NCBI GenBank assembly: GCA_043228905.1
Contig: JBHGNT010000010.1
Span: 8,308,001-8,372,000 of the forward strand
Length of the DNA stretch: 64,000 nucleotides
Direction of reading: 5' to 3'
Source: Azolla caroliniana
Lineage: Eukaryota > Plantae > Polypodiophyta
This document shows positions 60,711-64,000 of this stretch, in pieces. A model generated the notes under the pieces. The model was given only the letters and a program-made list of their open reading frames with translations, did no database searches and was not told where the DNA came from. A program made the translations under genes and the position numbers. Position 1 is the stretch's first letter, and each line of letters begins with the position of its first letter.

Positions 60711-63700
60711 AATGGCAAACACTCGTAAAGCCACCGCAAAGTTTGGGGGTATGATTGATAATGAACCGAGATCACCAACAAATCTCGATTCTAATGCAAT
60801 GGACAAAATGCTTATGAGTCACTTGATTTCTCTTCAACAAACCATAAACAAGCAAGGTGAAGAGATTAGGACGGTAATGAAAGAGAATGCTAAGCTCCAA
60901 ATTGTTGTCATTGAGAATGAAAGTCTCAAGTAAGTGGTTGCAAAACTTCAAAAAGAGATTCAAGAATGCAAAAGAGCTTCTTTCGAAACAAATGAGGGCC
61001 TTAACAAGATTGAGTTAAAGGAAGCATTAAAAAAACAAAAATTGGACACAATGAGGTGGGATGTAAGTGAGATGAAAAATGTATCTACAACAAAGTCATG
61101 GGCTGATGTATGTGGTGGGGATGTGGTATCAAACTCATCTAATATGCATGTGATGCATCAAGAGAAGAATATTGAAAGCATATATGTCCGAGACTTGAAA
61201 GAACGTGAATGATGATCAAAGAACATTGTCGTCTGTGGGATTAAAGAAGAGAGTATGGAAACACATAAATCCTTTGGAAAGGCCATTGGTGAATTTTTTA
61301 GCATGCATTATGGGATGTCAGATGTGAATGTATATGAGGCACACTGAGTTGGGAAACATGGTGTTACTTGCTCCGGAGAAAGGCCTATTGTATGCACAAT
61401 GACAAATGATACAAATCGGTGGATCATACTCGAAAATAGTTGGGTATACCTCAAAGGTACGCAATGCTTTGTGAGTGAAGATCGTACTATCTGACAACAA
61501 AATGCTCGTCGTAAAGCATATGAAGAAAGATTGAAAAATAAGGTTAAGGATGTGCCTAAAGATGGAAATGTAGGCAAATAAGGATATGTGACCTATGAGA
61601 CTAACCCACGCCTTTTACAACTATGGTTTTGAAATTGCAATGGATACCCATGGAATGCGGGATTTGGCATAGAGTTCACCGATTTGGCATATCACACTTC
61701 TTGTTGAAACATGGGAGCATGATACTCAAAGGATTCAAGGTTTAGGAAACTATAATGTACACTCTTTGATATGGAAGAAAAATCCAAGACAAAGAAGAGG
61801 ACAAGGGGGGTGGCATGTTTGATTAAGAAGGAAATAGAGAAATATGTGTCAATCATAAAAAATGATGAACATAAATGCCACATATGGCTCAAAATAGAAA
61901 CACCTAATGATTTTCCCACTTTTGTAGTTGGATGTTACATTCCTCATCAAGATTCGAACTTTTATGCTTGTTTGGATAAAGATCAACCTTTTGCCAATCT
62001 AGAAGATGATATTTCTTATTTCGAATCCAAAGGGGAAGTTATTGTCTTTGGTGACATGAATGCTCGTACAAGAAGATTCCACTTGGTGAATGGACACCGG
62101 AATCCGATCATAGGCCTTTATGTATTGATCTCAAATGTATGCATAGGTTTGATTGTGAGGGGATTGTGAGAAGGCTATTGAAGATAATAAACAATCGCAC
62201 TTGAGCATGAACCTTAAGCGAGTGCCCATGTATTCCAAGATGGTTGAGGCTATGTTACAAATGACAAAGATACAACATGGTGCCACACTAGAATGCGAAT
62301 GGGAAGCTTTCAAGAAATTCATTCTCTCTTGTACAAACAAATGTTTTTCGACCAACTACACATCTTGGAAATGCACCAAGAAACTTACGAAAAAATGGTT
62401 TGATAAAGAATGTCGTGAAGCTTGAAAGTGCCTTATGGTTTTGGATGTAGTTAAGGATAAAGAGAATTACCGAAAGCATTTGCATGAGTATAAAAGGCTT
62501 ATTCAAAGAAAGAGAAGAATATGGGAAGTTACTCAACAATTTATCCAAACGCAAGAGAAAGCACATACATGTCTTAAATGTTGGGGAAATCTAAAGGGGA
62601 AACGTGTTAAGAGTTATGGTGACTTAACTCTTCACAACTTGTCTATGCATTATAAGAATTTATATGAGTTATCTCTTGCCAAAAAGATGATGTGGTATGG
62701 TTCTCTTTCACATATGTCTCCCTGAAGATATATGCATAGAACTTAAGAAATTGGCCTCTCGGAAGGCAAGCGATCTTCAATGTATAAAGGCTGAAATGCT
62801 CAAATGGACAGGAAGGGAAGCACATGTATGGATAAGCGATATGTTTAATGATGCATTGCAACATGGTATGTCGTACGATTGGACAACAAATTGGATCACA
62901 CCTTTACATAAAGGTGGAGATGTAAATAATGTAAACAACTATCAAACCATCATGGTTGGCTCATCAATGGCAAAATTGTTTGGATGTATAATGGAATCAA
63001 AGATAAGTGTATGGGCTGAAAAAAATGGTAAGAGAGCTTATGGACAAGTTGGCTTTCAAAAACACCATAGCACCATTGATCACCTTGTCACCCTTCGACT
63101 ATTAATGGAGAAAAAATAGTTTGATAAAGAATGTCATGAACCTCAAAAGTGCCTTATGGTTTTGCATGTAATTAAAGATAAAGAAAATTACCAAAAGCAT
63201 TTGCGTGACTATAAAAGGCTTATCCAAAGAAAGAGACGAATATGGGAAGTTACTCAACAACTTCTCCAAATGCAATAGAAAGCACATGCATGTGCTAAAT
63301 TTTGGGGAAATCTAAAGGGGAAACATATTGAGAGTTATGGTGACTTAACTCTTCATGACTTGTCTATGCATTATAATGGTGTATTATGGTTCTCTTTCAC
63401 ATATGTCTCCCTTCTTTACAATTGAAGATATATGCATAGGACTTAAGAAATTGGCCTCTTGAAAGGCAAGCGATCTTCAATGTATAAAAGGTGAAATGCT
63501 CAAATGGACAGGAAAGGAAGCACATATATGGATATGCAATATGTTTAATGATGCATTGCAACATGGTATTCCATATGATTGGAGTACAAATTGGATGAAA
63601 CCTTTACATAAAGGCGGAGATGTAAATAATGTAAACAACTATCAAACCATCATGGTTGGCTCATTAATGACTATTTGCATGTATAATGGAATCAAAGATA

Positions 63701-64000
63701 AGTATTTGGGCAGAAAAAAATGGTAAGAGAGCTTATGGACAAGCTGGTTTTCGAAAACACCATAGCACCATTGATCATCTTGTCACTCTTCGAGTATTAA
63801 TGGATGAAAGTCGCCTTAGAGGTAAAGGTTTATATTGTTGCTTTGTAGACTTCAAGAAAGTTTTTGATATGGTACCTCATGAGCATCTTTGGAGGAGAAT
63901 GGAAGAACTTGAGGTGCCAAGTGAATATATGCTTGCAATTTCCCGAATTTATGAGAAGGTTATATGTTGCGTGTGCATGAGAGATAAACTTTCAGATTTT
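60711..64000 (+). mobile_element. Decayed non-L1 LINE (RTEX or CR1/L2-group-like) with ORF1 and EN-RT ORF2; continues past window
   Basis: ORF1 coiled coil, KNIVVCGIKE, RPIVC, LKGTQCFVSEDRT; EN GCYIPH, GDMNART; KWFDKEC; RT PLHKGGD..NNYQTI, QAGFR, FVDFKKVFDMV. Confidence 0.85.
62391..63804. repeat. ~700-720-bp diverged tandem duplication inside LINE ORF2
   Basis: 62391-63110 repeated at 63111-63804 (both begin ...TTTGATAAAGAATGTC and end ...TATTAATGGA). Confidence 0.9.

Overview
Gene-free, retrotransposon-saturated eukaryotic DNA, most likely from a non-seed land plant (fern/lycophyte-type genome; inferred only from the element lineages). Nearly all 64 kb resolves into nested retroelements: several Ty1/copia copies (two families), two tRNA-Trp-primed Ty3/gypsy copies (minus strand), a very young near-intact Tcn1/Tf1-like chromovirus (11215-17009, identical LTRs, TSD GCCGC), a very young non-autonomous LTR element carrying one intact 557-aa Gag/RT-relic ORF (40034-43337, identical LTRs, TSD CCTAG), a tRNA-Ala-primed gypsy with 200-bp LTRs and a 4-bp TSD (47263-51856), three TSD-flanked solo LTRs, two decayed L1-like LINEs and one non-L1 (RTEX/CR1-like) LINE. 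No host gene, rRNA, genuine tRNA gene or CRISPR array is supported. The most interesting signals are at the RNA/cis level: a tRNA-independent self-priming site, -1 frameshift heptamer+pseudoknot cassettes in four gypsy copies (one pair with compensatory changes), antisense Pol III A/B-box modules inside two unrelated LTR families, and a spacing-conserved ~120-bp palindromic module shared by an LTR family and a LINE 5' region. All comparisons were made by eye; lineage names are inference.
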